Made by a program: the position numbers and the translations under genes. From an uncultured Actinomycetota bacterium (lineage in GTDB: Bacteria > Actinomycetota > Actinomycetes > Propionibacteriales > Nocardioidaceae), in contig CAVQSC010000003.1 of NCBI GenBank assembly GCA_963715375.1, positions 50,337 through 114,336 of the forward strand: a stretch of DNA of 64,000 nucleotides. Reading direction: 5' to 3'. Under the pieces are notes generated by a model. That model was given only the letters and a program-made list of their open reading frames with translations, had not been told where the DNA came from and ran no database searches. Every line of letters starts with the position of its first letter. The first letter of the stretch is position 1. Positions 1 through 9,156 of this stretch are shown in pieces.

Positions 1-443
1 GGAGTCCACATGACCTCCTTGACCGAGGGGCCGTGCTGTGGGTTGAAGAAGCAAGGCACCCGGTACTCCGGCACCGGGGCGCCGGCGACTCTCGCCTGCA
101 CGCAGGCAAGGGCATAGCGGCCCCTGGCCAGGGTGTCGGTCACGAGGCTGATCTCCTCCGCGCTGCGTAGCTTGCGCACCGTGCGGCCCGCCGCCTCGTA
201 GGCGTCGAGAGCGGCCTGGTAGTCGAGGCGAGCGTCCTCGTCGAGCTCACGCCCCGCGACCTGGGCATCGAGGCGGCTCAGCTCCTCCCCGAGCAGTGTG
301 ACGTCCTCATCGGCGATCGACCGCACGTCTTCCAGCTCTGCGCGCTCGGACTTCCGGTCCGCGCGGCGCGCCACGACCTTTCTGGCAGCGAACGCCGCTG
401 CGCCTCCACCGCCGGCCGCAAGCATCAGCAACAACAGCTCCAT
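1..443 (-). CDS. Conserved actinobacterial hypothetical membrane-anchored protein (runs off the left edge of the window)
   Basis: Manual translation from ATG 443: MELLLLMLAAGGGG...DYQAALDAYEAA...PCFFNPQHGPS. Hydrophobic N-terminus; SD-like GAAGGGG and TAGACT -10 upstream. Absent from the ORF track because truncated. Confidence 0.7.
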   Translation of the reverse strand, partial: MELLLLMLAAGGGGAAAFAARKVVARRADRKSERAELEDVRSIADEDVTLLGEELSRLDAQVAGRELDEDARLDYQAALDAYEAAGRTVRKLRSAEEISLVTDTLARGRYALACVQARVAGAPVPEYRVPCFFNPQHGPSVKEVMWT

Positions 444-498
444 GGCGCCCCCTTCGACGTACCGATGCCTCAGTCTAGGAGGGCAGAACCGCGGGAGG

Positions 499-1437
499 TC
501 AGAAACCGAGCCGCCGCAGCTGCTTGGGGTCGCGCTGCCAGTCCTTGGCGATCTTCACGTGGAGGTCGAGGTAGACCGGAGTCCCGAGCATCGCCTCGAT
601 CTGCTTTCGGGCCGCCGTGCCGACCTCTCGGAGGCGGCTGCCCTTGTGGCCGATGACGATGCCCTTCTGGGAAGAGCGCTCCACGAAGACGTTGGCGTGG
701 ATGTCGAGCAACGGCTTGTCCTCGGGACGGCCCTCGCGCAGGCCCATCTCCTCGACCACGACCGCGATGGAGTGCGGGAGCTCGTCGCGCACCCCTTCGA
801 GGGCAGCCTCCCGGATGAGCTCGGCGACGATCGCCTCCTCCGGCGAGTCGGTCAGCTCACCGTCGGGGTAGAGCGGTGGTCCCTCGGGGAGCCGGGCGAC
901 GAGGAGGTCGGCGAGCAGCTGCACCTGGTCGCCCCGGACCGCCGAGACCGGGACGATCTCCGCCCACTCGGTGCCGGTCTCCTTGCCGAGACGGTCGATG
1001 GCCAGGAGGTGCTCCCCCAGCTGCGCCGGGGTGGCGAGGTCGGTCTTCGTGGCCACGGCGATCTTGGTGGTCCGACGTACCTTCGCGAGCTCGTTGACGA
1101 TGAACCGGTCACCGGGGCCGATCTTCTCGTTGGCCGGGAAGCACACGGCGACGATGTCCACCTCGGCCCACGTCGTCTTCACCAGGTCGTTGAGCCGCTC
1201 CCCGAGGAGGGTCCGAGGACGGTGCAGTCCTGGCGTGTCCACGAGCACGAGCTGCGCGTCCGGCCGGTGCACGATGCCGCGGACCGCGGTCCGGGTGGTC
1301 TGGGGGCGCGAGGAGGTGATGGCGACCTTGGTGCCGACGAGAGCATTGGTCAGCGTGGACTTGCCGGCGTTGGGCCGCCCCACGAACGAGGCGAAGCCGC
1401 TCCGGAACGGCGGCAGGGTCGACGAGTTGTCAGGCAC
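499..1437 (-). CDS. era: GTPase Era
   Basis: GRPNAGKST, PQTTR, DTPG, TKTD motifs and KH domain (VIGHKG). Start set at GTG 1437, 6 nt after GACAAT (leaderless pattern). Confidence 0.97.
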   Translation of the reverse strand: MPDNSSTLPPFRSGFASFVGRPNAGKSTLTNALVGTKVAITSSRPQTTRTAVRGIVHRPDAQLVLVDTPGLHRPRTLLGERLNDLVKTTWAEVDIVAVCFPANEKIGPGDRFIVNELAKVRRTTKIAVATKTDLATPAQLGEHLLAIDRLGKETGTEWAEIVPVSAVRGDQVQLLADLLVARLPEGPPLYPDGELTDSPEEAIVAELIREAALEGVRDELPHSIAVVVEEMGLREGRPEDKPLLDIHANVFVERSSQKGIVIGHKGSRLREVGTAARKQIEAMLGTPVYLDLHVKIAKDWQRDPKQLRRLGF

Positions 1438-1456
1438 CGCTCGATTGTCCCACCCC

Positions 1457-2239
1457 TCAATCGTCGCCACTCCCCTCGGCCTCCTCGGCTTCCTCGGCCT
1501 CCTCGTTGTCGGGCTCCTCGCTCTCCTCGCTCGAGTCCGACTCGTCAGGCTCGTCCGGTGAGGCCTTCACGGGCGCCGTGTCCTCGCCGGCCTCCTCACC
1601 GTCCTCGGTCTCGTACTCGCCCTGGCTCACCGCGTCCTCCGGCTCGGACCCGCGCTGGTCCCTCGGCCGGTCCTCCGGCTCGTTCTCGTGGCCCTCCCAG
1701 TCATGACTCTCGGCCTCTTCCCGGTCGCTGCCCGTGGGCTGGTACAGCTTCGCGGCTCCGTCGGGCCCGCCCGTCGTACCGACGCCGTCACGTCTCCGTC
1801 CGGCTTCGCCCTCCTCGCGTGACCGCTCCCCCGCCGCGTCGCCATCGGGAGGCCGAGTCGACTCGTCGCCATGGGCTGCCCGGTCCGTCGGGTCGGGCAG
1901 GTCGAAGGGCAGGTAGCGATCGCTGAGCTCGGACACCCAGCGCTGAGCCGGCTCCGGCAGCTCGTTGGCCGCGGCTGCCAGCCCGGTGGTGACGACAGCG
2001 CCGAGCGCGACGACACCCGCCGCCAGTGCTCGCCGGCGCCGAGCGGTCAGCAGCAACCGTGTCGCCCCAGACGCGTCATCGACCCCGAGGAGTACGGCGA
2101 GCTCCGGACTCGGCTCGGGTACCGCGTCGACGTACCTCTCCTCGAGACCGACCAGCAGCTCGACGAGCTCGTCGGCCCCGAACGCCGGGATCTCCGACTC
2201 CTCGAGCATCGCCCGAACGCGAACGTCCATGGCCTTCAT
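1457..2239 (-). CDS. Putative anti-sigma / single-pass membrane protein with highly acidic C-terminal tail
   Basis: Overlaps the ECF sigma stop (ATGA). RRRR followed by hydrophobic segment ALAAGVVALGAVVTTGLAAAA, then Glu/Asp-rich disordered tail. Confidence 0.6.
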   Translation of the reverse strand: MKAMDVRVRAMLEESEIPAFGADELVELLVGLEERYVDAVPEPSPELAVLLGVDDASGATRLLLTARRRRALAAGVVALGAVVTTGLAAAANELPEPAQRWVSELSDRYLPFDLPDPTDRAAHGDESTRPPDGDAAGERSREEGEAGRRRDGVGTTGGPDGAAKLYQPTGSDREEAESHDWEGHENEPEDRPRDQRGSEPEDAVSQGEYETEDGEEAGEDTAPVKASPDEPDESDSSEESEEPDNEEAEEAEEAEGSGDD

Positions 2240-2781
2240 GTCCCCTCCTCCCCTTTCATGAGCTCTCGCAGCCGCAGCAGGCCACGCCGTTGCAGCTGCT
2301 TCACCGACCCGACCGACCGGTCGAGGACCTTCGCCGTCTCCTCCAACGAGAGGTCCGCGAGGATCCGAAGCATGACGACCGTCCGCTGGTCCTCACCGAG
2401 CCTCTCCAGCAGTGCACCGACCCGGTCGGTGGCGACCCGATCCATCGCCACGCTCTCCGCCGAGTCCTCGACCCTCGTGTCCAGGTCCGGCTCGTACGGC
2501 GAGTGCGCCGGTCGACGAGCGCGGCGCCGGTGCTCGTCGACCGCCCGGGCGTGGGCGATCGAGAACACCAGCGTCCGCAGACCCGTCGCACCGCCCTGGA
2601 CCTCGGACAGCCGGGGAATCACCGCCAGGAAGACCTCGTTGGTGAGTCCTTCCGGGTCCTCCACTCCTCGGGCCTGGAGATACCCCAGCACCCGCGGAGC
2701 GAGAGTCCGGTAGACCGCTTCGACGGCAGAGGCGCTCCCGTCCGCGGCGGCGTCGACGACGGACTCATCGAGAGCCGTCAT
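2236..2781 (-). CDS. ECF RNA polymerase sigma factor (sigma70 regions 2 and 4)
   Basis: 181 aa; region 2 (EDPEGLTNEVFL...FSIAHARAVDEHRR) and region 4 (LSLEETAKVLDRSVGSVKQLQRRGL). Confidence 0.92.
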   Translation of the reverse strand: MTALDESVVDAAADGSASAVEAVYRTLAPRVLGYLQARGVEDPEGLTNEVFLAVIPRLSEVQGGATGLRTLVFSIAHARAVDEHRRRARRPAHSPYEPDLDTRVEDSAESVAMDRVATDRVGALLERLGEDQRTVVMLRILADLSLEETAKVLDRSVGSVKQLQRRGLLRLRELMKGEEGT

Positions 2782-2873
2782 CAGCCACTCCTCCTAGGCG
2801 ACCCCGACCCCGGGTCGGCGACATCCTCCCCCATCAGGCGCCCGCACGTCAGGCGCGCGCGCCGTGGTGGCCC

Positions 2874-3545
2874 TCAGTCGTCGGACTCGTGCTCCTCGTC
2901 GTCGTCCGAGTCGTCGTCGCCGTGGTCGTCGCCGTGGTCGTCGTCCGCCTCGTCGGAGTCATCGTCCGCCTCGTCGGAGTCATCGTCCGCCTCGTCAGCC
3001 TCGTCCGAGTCGCCATGGTCCCCGTCGCTGTGGTCGGTGGACTCTTCGTCGGAGTCCTCGCCCTCCGAGTCGTCGCCCTCCGAGTCGTCGCTGTGCTCGT
3101 CGTGACGAGACTGTGCTCGCGCCAACGCCTCGTCGTCGCCGGCGTGTGCCGTGCCCTGCTCGGAGCGGTGCTCGACACCGGTCTGGTGGCTGCCGGAGGG
3201 CTCGTGGTCGCTGTCGTCGGCCTCATCGGCGTCGTCGGCCTCATCGGCGTCGTCGGCTTCATCGGCTTCGTCGGCCTCGTCGGCGTCGTCGGCCTCGTCG
3301 GCGTCGTCGGCCTCGTCGGCGTCGTCGGCCTCGTCCTCGTTCTCGATCTCGTCGTCGAGCTGGTCATCGACCGGCTGCACCTGCTCGGTGCCGCTCTCCG
3401 AAGGCGAGGAGGTCTCGCTCTGGTCCGCGGACGCGACACCGGCGACACCTGCCGCGGTCACAAGCGCGCTCGCTGCGGCCGCAACCCGGAAGGAGGCGCG
3501 GCGTCCCCGGAGCCTGGCGAAGAACGAGCTGGATGAAGTGGTCAT
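2874..3545 (-). CDS. Secreted, extremely acidic low-complexity protein with (DEA/DDA)n and His-Asp repeats
   Basis: Arg-rich n-region plus hydrophobic h-region ending ASA-DQ. Body is mostly D/E/A/S/H. GGGAG SD-like sequence upstream; same strand as the sigma gene. Confidence 0.75.
   Translation of the reverse strand: MTTSSSSFFARLRGRRASFRVAAAASALVTAAGVAGVASADQSETSSPSESGTEQVQPVDDQLDDEIENEDEADDADEADDADEADDADEADEADEADDADEADDADEADDSDHEPSGSHQTGVEHRSEQGTAHAGDDEALARAQSRHDEHSDDSEGDDSEGEDSDEESTDHSDGDHGDSDEADEADDDSDEADDDSDEADDDHGDDHGDDDSDDDEEHESDD
3213..3335. repeat. 9-nt period coding tandem repeat (TCGTCGGC[C/G]-type) encoding DEA/DDA tripeptides
   Basis: About 13 units visible. A second 21-nt repeat (SDEADDD) lies at ~2941-2996. 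Confidence 0.85.
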
Positions 3546-3586
3546 GAAATCTCCCGGTGTGCTCGATTTGCGCGGTCGATCCCGTA

Positions 3587-3612
3587 ATCGAACGGACGGC
3601 GTGGAAGGTTAC
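3587..3612 (-). promoter_or_regulatory. Putative ECF (SigD-like) promoter GTAACC-N17-GAT
   Basis: Minus strand reads GTAACC ttccacgccgtccgttc GAT, ~40 nt upstream of ATG 3545. Resembles the corynebacterial/mycobacterial SigD consensus. Confidence 0.5.
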
Positions 3613-3641
3613 GCGGCGAGCTCCCTAGCCACCGGCTCGTC

Positions 3642-4556
3642 TCAGCCCAGTGGTCGGACCGGCACCTCCGAGGCGCCTTCCCCGGAAGGTTCAGCGGACG
3701 TCGTGCGCACGATCAGGAGCAGTCCGAGCAGCACCATGGCCGCCCCGACGAGGCCGAGCAGGCCGAGCCGTTCGCCGAGCACGAGGTAGGCCAGCGACGC
3801 CGCGACCACCGGCTCCACGAGACCGAGCGTCGAGGCCGTGCTCGACCGGACCCCGCGCAGGCCGCGGTTGAAGAGGCTGTAGGACAGGATCGTCGGGACG
3901 AGCACCAGGTACCCGAGGAGCAGCGCACCGTCGACCGTGCCGACCCAGTGCAGGTCGCCGGCGACCAGCCAGGGCAGGGTGAGCAGGGCGGCCACCGTGA
4001 ACGCCGCGGCCAGGAACGACTGGGTCTCCAGCCCGCGCGCCTCGGCGGCGTTGCCGGCGATGATGTACGTCGCGTAGCTGGCCGCCGCGCCCAGAGCCAG
4101 GAGCACGCCCACAGTCGAGGGAGCGGTCGGTGTTCCCTGCTGCCCCATGACCAGGAGGGCCAGACCGGTGACGGCCACTGCGGTCGCAAGAAGCCAGACG
4201 CGCGTGACGTGCCGGGTCAGCAGGCCCGTGACGACCGGTGTGGCGCCGATGGCGACCAGCGTCCCGACTGCGACACCTGCCTCCTTCATGGCGGCAAGGA
4301 AGCACAGGTTGAACGCCGCCTGACCGAGCCCGGCGAACCATGCTGCGGGTTCCCGTGCGGCGAGGAGGATGCGGGAGACCTGCCCGAACGCCGCGGTGGC
4401 GAGCACCAGGAGGACACCGGTCAGCAGCATCCTCGCCGCGGCCAGGCTCTCCGCGGGCACGTCCGGTCCCAATGCCTGGGCGGTGCCGACTGTGCCGAAA
4501 AGCGCCGCGCCCGCGAGCACCAGCAGCGCCGACGCGAACGGCCGCGTCGCGGTCAC
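3642..4556 (-). CDS. EamA/DMT family transporter
   Basis: About 10 hydrophobic helices; motifs LFGTVGTAQ, GVAVGTLVAIG, LGLVEPVVA, LGERL. Start set at GTG 4556. Confidence 0.88.
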   Translation of the reverse strand: MTATRPFASALLVLAGAALFGTVGTAQALGPDVPAESLAAARMLLTGVLLVLATAAFGQVSRILLAAREPAAWFAGLGQAAFNLCFLAAMKEAGVAVGTLVAIGATPVVTGLLTRHVTRVWLLATAVAVTGLALLVMGQQGTPTAPSTVGVLLALGAAASYATYIIAGNAAEARGLETQSFLAAAFTVAALLTLPWLVAGDLHWVGTVDGALLLGYLVLVPTILSYSLFNRGLRGVRSSTASTLGLVEPVVAASLAYLVLGERLGLLGLVGAAMVLLGLLLIVRTTSAEPSGEGASEVPVRPLG

Positions 4557-4582
4557 GCCTGTCGCCTGGGACCGCTCGGTGC

Positions 4583-5875
4583 TCAGCTCAGCCACGTAGG
4601 ACGCAGGGGGAAGCCGGAGTTCCCGTGCGAGTCCGTCCGCGAGGCGAGCACCTGGTGCAGCTGGATCTCGTTGCGCTCGAAGCCCAGGCGGGAGCCGGCC
4701 ATGTACAGGCCCCACACCCGCGCGGTCCCAATGCCGACCTCAGCCACGCACTCGTCCCAGTTCTGAACGAGGTTCGAGCACCAGCCACGCAACGTCAGGG
4801 CGTAGTGCTCGCGGATGTTCTCCTCGTGGCGCACCTCGAAACCGGCGTCCTGCATCTCGGTGATGATCCGGCCCGATCCGGTCAGCTCGCCGTCGGGGAA
4901 GACGTAGCGGTCGATGAACGCACCCGGCTCGACCCGGCTGCGGTTGTCCGGCCTGGTGATGCAGTGGTTGAGGAGCCGGCCGCCCGGACGCAGCTTCGAG
5001 CGGATGAACGAGAAGTACGACGGATAGTTGCGCACCCCGATGTGCTCGGTGAGACCGATCGAGCTGACCGCGTCGAAGCCCGCCTCGGGGATGTCGCGGT
5101 AGTCCCCGAAACGCACCTCGGCCCTGGCCGACAGGCCCTCCCGCTCGATCGCGGCGCTCCCCCACTCCGCCTGGCTCTCCGACAGCGTCACGCCGAGTGC
5201 CGTGACGCCGTGCTCGCGGACCGCGTGGCGGACCATGCCTCCCCAACCGCACCCGATGTCGAGCAGCCTCGAGCCGGGACGGAGGCCGAGCTTCCGGCAG
5301 ACCAGGTCGTACTTCTCGGCCTGCGCCTGCTCCAGGCTGGCGTCCTCGTCGGGGAAGACGGCACAGGTGTAGGTCATCGAGGGGCCGAGCACGAGCTCGT
5401 AGAAGCGGTTCGAGACGTCGTAGTGGTGGTGGATCGCCGCTGCGTCGCGCTCCCGCGAGTGCCGCATGCCCTCCACGAGGCGGCGCCAGCGCGGCAGATG
5501 CTCCTGGGGCGGGGGCGGTGGCGGCTTGAGGTGGTTCAGGCCCAGGCCGCGGAGGATCCGCACGAGCTCGCCCGGCGGCGGCACCTTGAACCGCGCGTGG
5601 CTCATCATCGTCAGCGCCGCGTAGGGGTCGCCCGGATGCACGCCCTCGAGGACCAGGTCGCCTGACACATAGGCCCGGGCGATGCCCAGGTCGCCCGGTG
5701 CGGTCAGGAGGTAGGACAGCCCCCGCTGGTTGCGCAGATGCAGGGAGATGGGTGCGTCCTCGGGTCCTGTGGCGCTCCCGTCGTACGCCGTGAACCGGAA
5801 GGGAAGGCCGCCGCCCGTCAGGCGCGAGATGGCCTCGCCGATGGAGACGGACAGGTCGTTCGTGGTCGTCGTCAT
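4583..5875 (-). CDS. Cfa-family SAM methyltransferase, likely oleoyl C10 methylenase (TmsB/BfaB, Rv3720-like)
   Basis: HHYDVSNRFY, MTYTCA, LLDIGCGWG, FIDRYVFPDGEL, HYALTL motifs; translationally coupled to the FAD oxidoreductase. Confidence 0.9.
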   Translation of the reverse strand: MTTTTNDLSVSIGEAISRLTGGGLPFRFTAYDGSATGPEDAPISLHLRNQRGLSYLLTAPGDLGIARAYVSGDLVLEGVHPGDPYAALTMMSHARFKVPPPGELVRILRGLGLNHLKPPPPPPQEHLPRWRRLVEGMRHSRERDAAAIHHHYDVSNRFYELVLGPSMTYTCAVFPDEDASLEQAQAEKYDLVCRKLGLRPGSRLLDIGCGWGGMVRHAVREHGVTALGVTLSESQAEWGSAAIEREGLSARAEVRFGDYRDIPEAGFDAVSSIGLTEHIGVRNYPSYFSFIRSKLRPGGRLLNHCITRPDNRSRVEPGAFIDRYVFPDGELTGSGRIITEMQDAGFEVRHEENIREHYALTLRGWCSNLVQNWDECVAEVGIGTARVWGLYMAGSRLGFERNEIQLHQVLASRTDSHGNSGFPLRPTWLS

Positions 5876-7311
5876 CGACGTCTCACCGCCTTCTCGTAGA
5901 GTCCCGTGAGCCGGTCGGCTCGATCGTAGGTCGCCTTGACCCGCGCGAGGTTGTCTCCGTCGTACAGCCGGTCGAACGTCTCGCGGTCGTAGTAGGCGTC
6001 GGAGTACAGCGACTTGTGCCCGCCCAGCTCGGTCACCCGCTGCTCGATCGCGCGGTTGCGGTCTCCGTCCGCGGCGCCCGGCGCGATCGGCACGGTGCCC
6101 CAGAAGCCGACGTTGACGTAGGTAGCGCCAGGCTCGAGGGGGTACGCCGGCCAACGGCGCGCGCTTCCCGGGCCCGACGGCTCACGCAGCCGCAGCGGGC
6201 ACAGCCACACAGGGCGCATGCCGACGTTCTCGTCGAACCAGCGCAGGAACTCGGGCGTGCGCCCGACCGGGATCTCCACGTCCTGGATCACGCGCTCCCT
6301 CGCCGGCAGGCCGCGACGTGCGTCGACGCGCCGCATCACGCCGTGCCTGTTCTCGAAGCCGACCAGCCGGTGGTACACGTCGCTGCGGCGCAGCCGCCGG
6401 GGCCACAGCCTCCGGATCAGCGGATGCTGTGCGCCGAACGCGCGCGAGCACCAGAACCAGTCGGTGTCCCACCGCCACAGGTAGTCGTACATGGTGAGCA
6501 CGTCGCGGCGTCTGCCCTGGATCGACCGGTAGTAGATCTGCTGACCGGTGTAGTCGCTGGTCCCGCCTGCCGGGGCGTCGGCGCGCCAGGTGGCCAGGGT
6601 GAGGTAGGCCTCGGAGGGGTCGAACACGACTCCGTCGAACGCGTCGACGCGAACGCCCTCCCAGGCCCGGTCTGCGACGATCGCATCGACCACGGCGGGG
6701 ATGTCGTCGAGGCCGTCGAGCCGGATGTGCCGGAGGTCGACGTACCCGGGCACCGGCTCGAGCTCGATGCGCAGGCGGGTGGCGTAGCCGAGGCTGCCGT
6801 AGGAGTTGGGGAAGGTGGCGAACAGGTCCGCGGCGGGCCCGTCGGGAGTCGCGGTGACGACCTCGCCGTCGCCGGTCAGCACGTCCATCTCGAGCACGGA
6901 CTCGTGGGGCAGCCCGTTGCGGAACGAGGTCGCCTCGATCCCGAGCCCCGTGACCGCGCCTCCCAGCGTGATCGTGCGCAGCTGGGGCACGACGAGCGGG
7001 ATGAGGCCGTGCGGCAGCGTGACGTCGACGAGGTCCTCGTAGGTGCAGACACCTTGCACGTCTGCGGTGCGACCTTCGACGTCGAGCGCGATCACGCCGT
7101 CGAGCGCCGAGACGTCGAGGCCCGGACTGCCCGTGCCGGAGCGGACGCGGAAAAGGTTCGAGGTGCGCTTGGCGAGGCGGACCTGCGCTCCGGCCGGGAT
7201 CGCGTCGTAGGAGTCCGTCAGACGACGCACGGCCTCGGCATGGGCCTCTCGGCCGACAGGACCGCGCAGGTCCGAACCGGCTTCCTCCCGGGTGCTCGCG
7301 ATGCGACTCAC
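5872..7311 (-). CDS. FAD-binding oxidoreductase, likely 10-methylene reductase (TmsA/BfaA, Rv3719-like)
   Basis: LAKRTSNLFR, VVPQLRTITLGGAVTGLGIE, PNSYGSLGY, GHKSLYS. Start GTG 7311, 6 nt after TACGTT. Confidence 0.9.
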   Translation of the reverse strand: MSRIASTREEAGSDLRGPVGREAHAEAVRRLTDSYDAIPAGAQVRLAKRTSNLFRVRSGTGSPGLDVSALDGVIALDVEGRTADVQGVCTYEDLVDVTLPHGLIPLVVPQLRTITLGGAVTGLGIEATSFRNGLPHESVLEMDVLTGDGEVVTATPDGPAADLFATFPNSYGSLGYATRLRIELEPVPGYVDLRHIRLDGLDDIPAVVDAIVADRAWEGVRVDAFDGVVFDPSEAYLTLATWRADAPAGGTSDYTGQQIYYRSIQGRRRDVLTMYDYLWRWDTDWFWCSRAFGAQHPLIRRLWPRRLRRSDVYHRLVGFENRHGVMRRVDARRGLPARERVIQDVEIPVGRTPEFLRWFDENVGMRPVWLCPLRLREPSGPGSARRWPAYPLEPGATYVNVGFWGTVPIAPGAADGDRNRAIEQRVTELGGHKSLYSDAYYDRETFDRLYDGDNLARVKATYDRADRLTGLYEKAVRRR

Positions 7312-7461
7312 AAGGTCAACGTAGCCGCTCGCCACTCGGCCCGGGGGGCTTCCCGCAGCCTCCGCTGGCTCAGCCCAGCACGTGGACCCAGGTGAGAACC
7401 GCCGCAAGACCGGTCAAAGCGTGCAGAAGCGGTCCGTGTGGCCGTGGACGAATCGGATGCG

Positions 7462-7806
7462 TCAGGAGGTCAGCGCGGAGACCACGCTGCCGTCGGGTGC
7501 GGCGAGGTGCACGGGTATGCCGGGCCCGGCGAAGTCGCGGACCACCGACATGTCGCTCTCCTCGACGGCAGCCTTCTCACCGAGGACGGCGACGGCCTCG
7601 AGACCCTTGGCGCCACTCGTGACCGCCATCGCCACGGCGACCTGCACGGCGGAAAGCTGCAGCGAGGCGAGGTCGACGGTGGCCCCGGCGTAGGTGCGTC
7701 CGTCGAGATCGCGCACGCACGCCCCCTCCAGAGCGCCGATGCGGGCCCGGGTGGATCGGGCGAGGGTCAGGAGCTTCTTGTCCTCAGGGTCGGTGAGCTC
7801 GGTCAT
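7462..7806 (-). CDS. Cytidine-deaminase-fold protein lacking the canonical Zn ligands
   Basis: GACVRDLDGRTYAG fold motif and syntenic position. CAE is replaced by SAV and there is no PCxxC. Confidence 0.8.
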   Translation of the reverse strand: MTELTDPEDKKLLTLARSTRARIGALEGACVRDLDGRTYAGATVDLASLQLSAVQVAVAMAVTSGAKGLEAVAVLGEKAAVEESDMSVVRDFAGPGIPVHLAAPDGSVVSALTS

Positions 7807-7815
7807 CGGAGGTCC

Positions 7816-9156
7816 TCATCCGGCTTGGGTGTCTGGGTAGGAGTCGCTGTCGGCGTGCTCGGGAGCGGGCTCGACGTGGGTGATCAAGACGGTGCCGATG
7901 CGGTTGCGGCGGCCGGTGGGTGCCTCGGCCTCGAGCCGAAGACCGTGCGCCTCGACCACCGACCCCGGGATCGGTACTCGCCCGAGGTACTTCGCCATGA
8001 GGCCACCGACGGTGTCCACGTCGTCGTCCTCGACCGGGACCCCGCACACCGCCTCGAGGTCGTCGACCGGGTAGCGCGAGCTCACACGGGTCGCCCCGTT
8101 GGCGAGCTGCTCCACGTCGACACGGTCCTCGTCGTACTCGTCGGTGATCTCGCCGACGATCTCCTCGAGGACGTCCTCGATCGTGACCAGGCCCGCGGTG
8201 CCGCCGTACTCGTCCACGACGACGGCGACGTGAGTGCGCTTGGCCTGCATCTCACGCAGCAGCTCGTCGACGGGCTTGGAGTCAGGGACGTAGAGCACCG
8301 GACGCATCACCGACTCGACCCGCTCGGTCTGCTCGGCCTCGTGCCGGTCGAACACGCGCTTGGTGATGTCCTTGAGGTAGGCGAAGCCGACGACGTCGTC
8401 GAGGTTCTCGCCGATCACGGGGATCCGGGAGAAGCCGCTGCGCAGCGCCAGCGACATCGCCTGGCGCAGGGTCTTGCTCCGCTCGATGAAGACCACGTCG
8501 GTACGCGGCACCATGACCTCGCGCACGATCGTGTCGCCGAGCTCGAAGACCGAGTGGATCATCTCGCGTTCGCCGGACTCGATGACGCTGCTCGCCTCGG
8601 CGAGGTCGACCAGCTCGCGCAGCTCCGCCTCGGAGGCGAAGGGACCCTCGCTGAAGCCGCGACCGGGGGTGATCGCGTTGCCGAACAGGATCAGCAGCTG
8701 GGCCAGTGGCCCGAACACCTTGGTCACCGCGATCAGCGGACCGGCGGAGATCAGGGCAACCCGCTCGGAGTGCTGGCGGCCGACGGTGCGAGGCGCGACC
8801 CCCACGAACACGAACGAGACCGCGAGCATGACCAGGGTCGTTCCCAGGACCGCCCACCAGTTCACCTGCTGGGAACCGAGGCCGCCCGTCGTCATCGCGT
8901 CGGTCACGACCACCGTCGCGATGACGATCGCGCCGATCTCGCTGAGCAGGCGCAGGAAGAGGGCGGTGTTCATGAACCGCGCCGGGTCCTCGACGACCTT
9001 GAGCAGGCGCTTGGCTCCCGCCTTCCCCTCGGCAGCGATCTCCTCTGCGCGCACCTTGGAGAACGACGAGAACGCCGCCTCGGCGCTGCTGAACAGCCCC
9101 GCCACGACCACCAGGAGAACGACGAGAACGAGCAGCCAGATGTCGAGACTGGTCAC
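7816..9156 (-). CDS. Hemolysin/CNNM family (DUF21 + CBS + CorC) protein
   Basis: [49 protein letters not shown]. Start GTG 9156 overlaps the ybeY stop. Confidence 0.92.
   Translation of the reverse strand: MTSLDIWLLVLVVLLVVVAGLFSSAEAAFSSFSKVRAEEIAAEGKAGAKRLLKVVEDPARFMNTALFLRLLSEIGAIVIATVVVTDAMTTGGLGSQQVNWWAVLGTTLVMLAVSFVFVGVAPRTVGRQHSERVALISAGPLIAVTKVFGPLAQLLILFGNAITPGRGFSEGPFASEAELRELVDLAEASSVIESGEREMIHSVFELGDTIVREVMVPRTDVVFIERSKTLRQAMSLALRSGFSRIPVIGENLDDVVGFAYLKDITKRVFDRHEAEQTERVESVMRPVLYVPDSKPVDELLREMQAKRTHVAVVVDEYGGTAGLVTIEDVLEEIVGEITDEYDEDRVDVEQLANGATRVSSRYPVDDLEAVCGVPVEDDDVDTVGGLMAKYLGRVPIPGSVVEAHGLRLEAEAPTGRRNRIGTVLITHVEPAPEHADSDSYPDTQAG

Noticed and set aside
298-1926. Long antisense or alternate-frame ORFs (e.g. 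298-1926, 13081-15435, 17841-19793, 33216-35573, 52393-54084)
   Set aside because: Shadow ORFs typical of high-GC DNA; they overlap well-supported genes and show no motifs.
2889-3536. Poly-Val/Gly and poly-Ser plus-strand ORFs; possible CRISPR-like periodicity
   Set aside because: Reverse-strand readings of the coding acidic repeat; no unique spacers and no cas genes.
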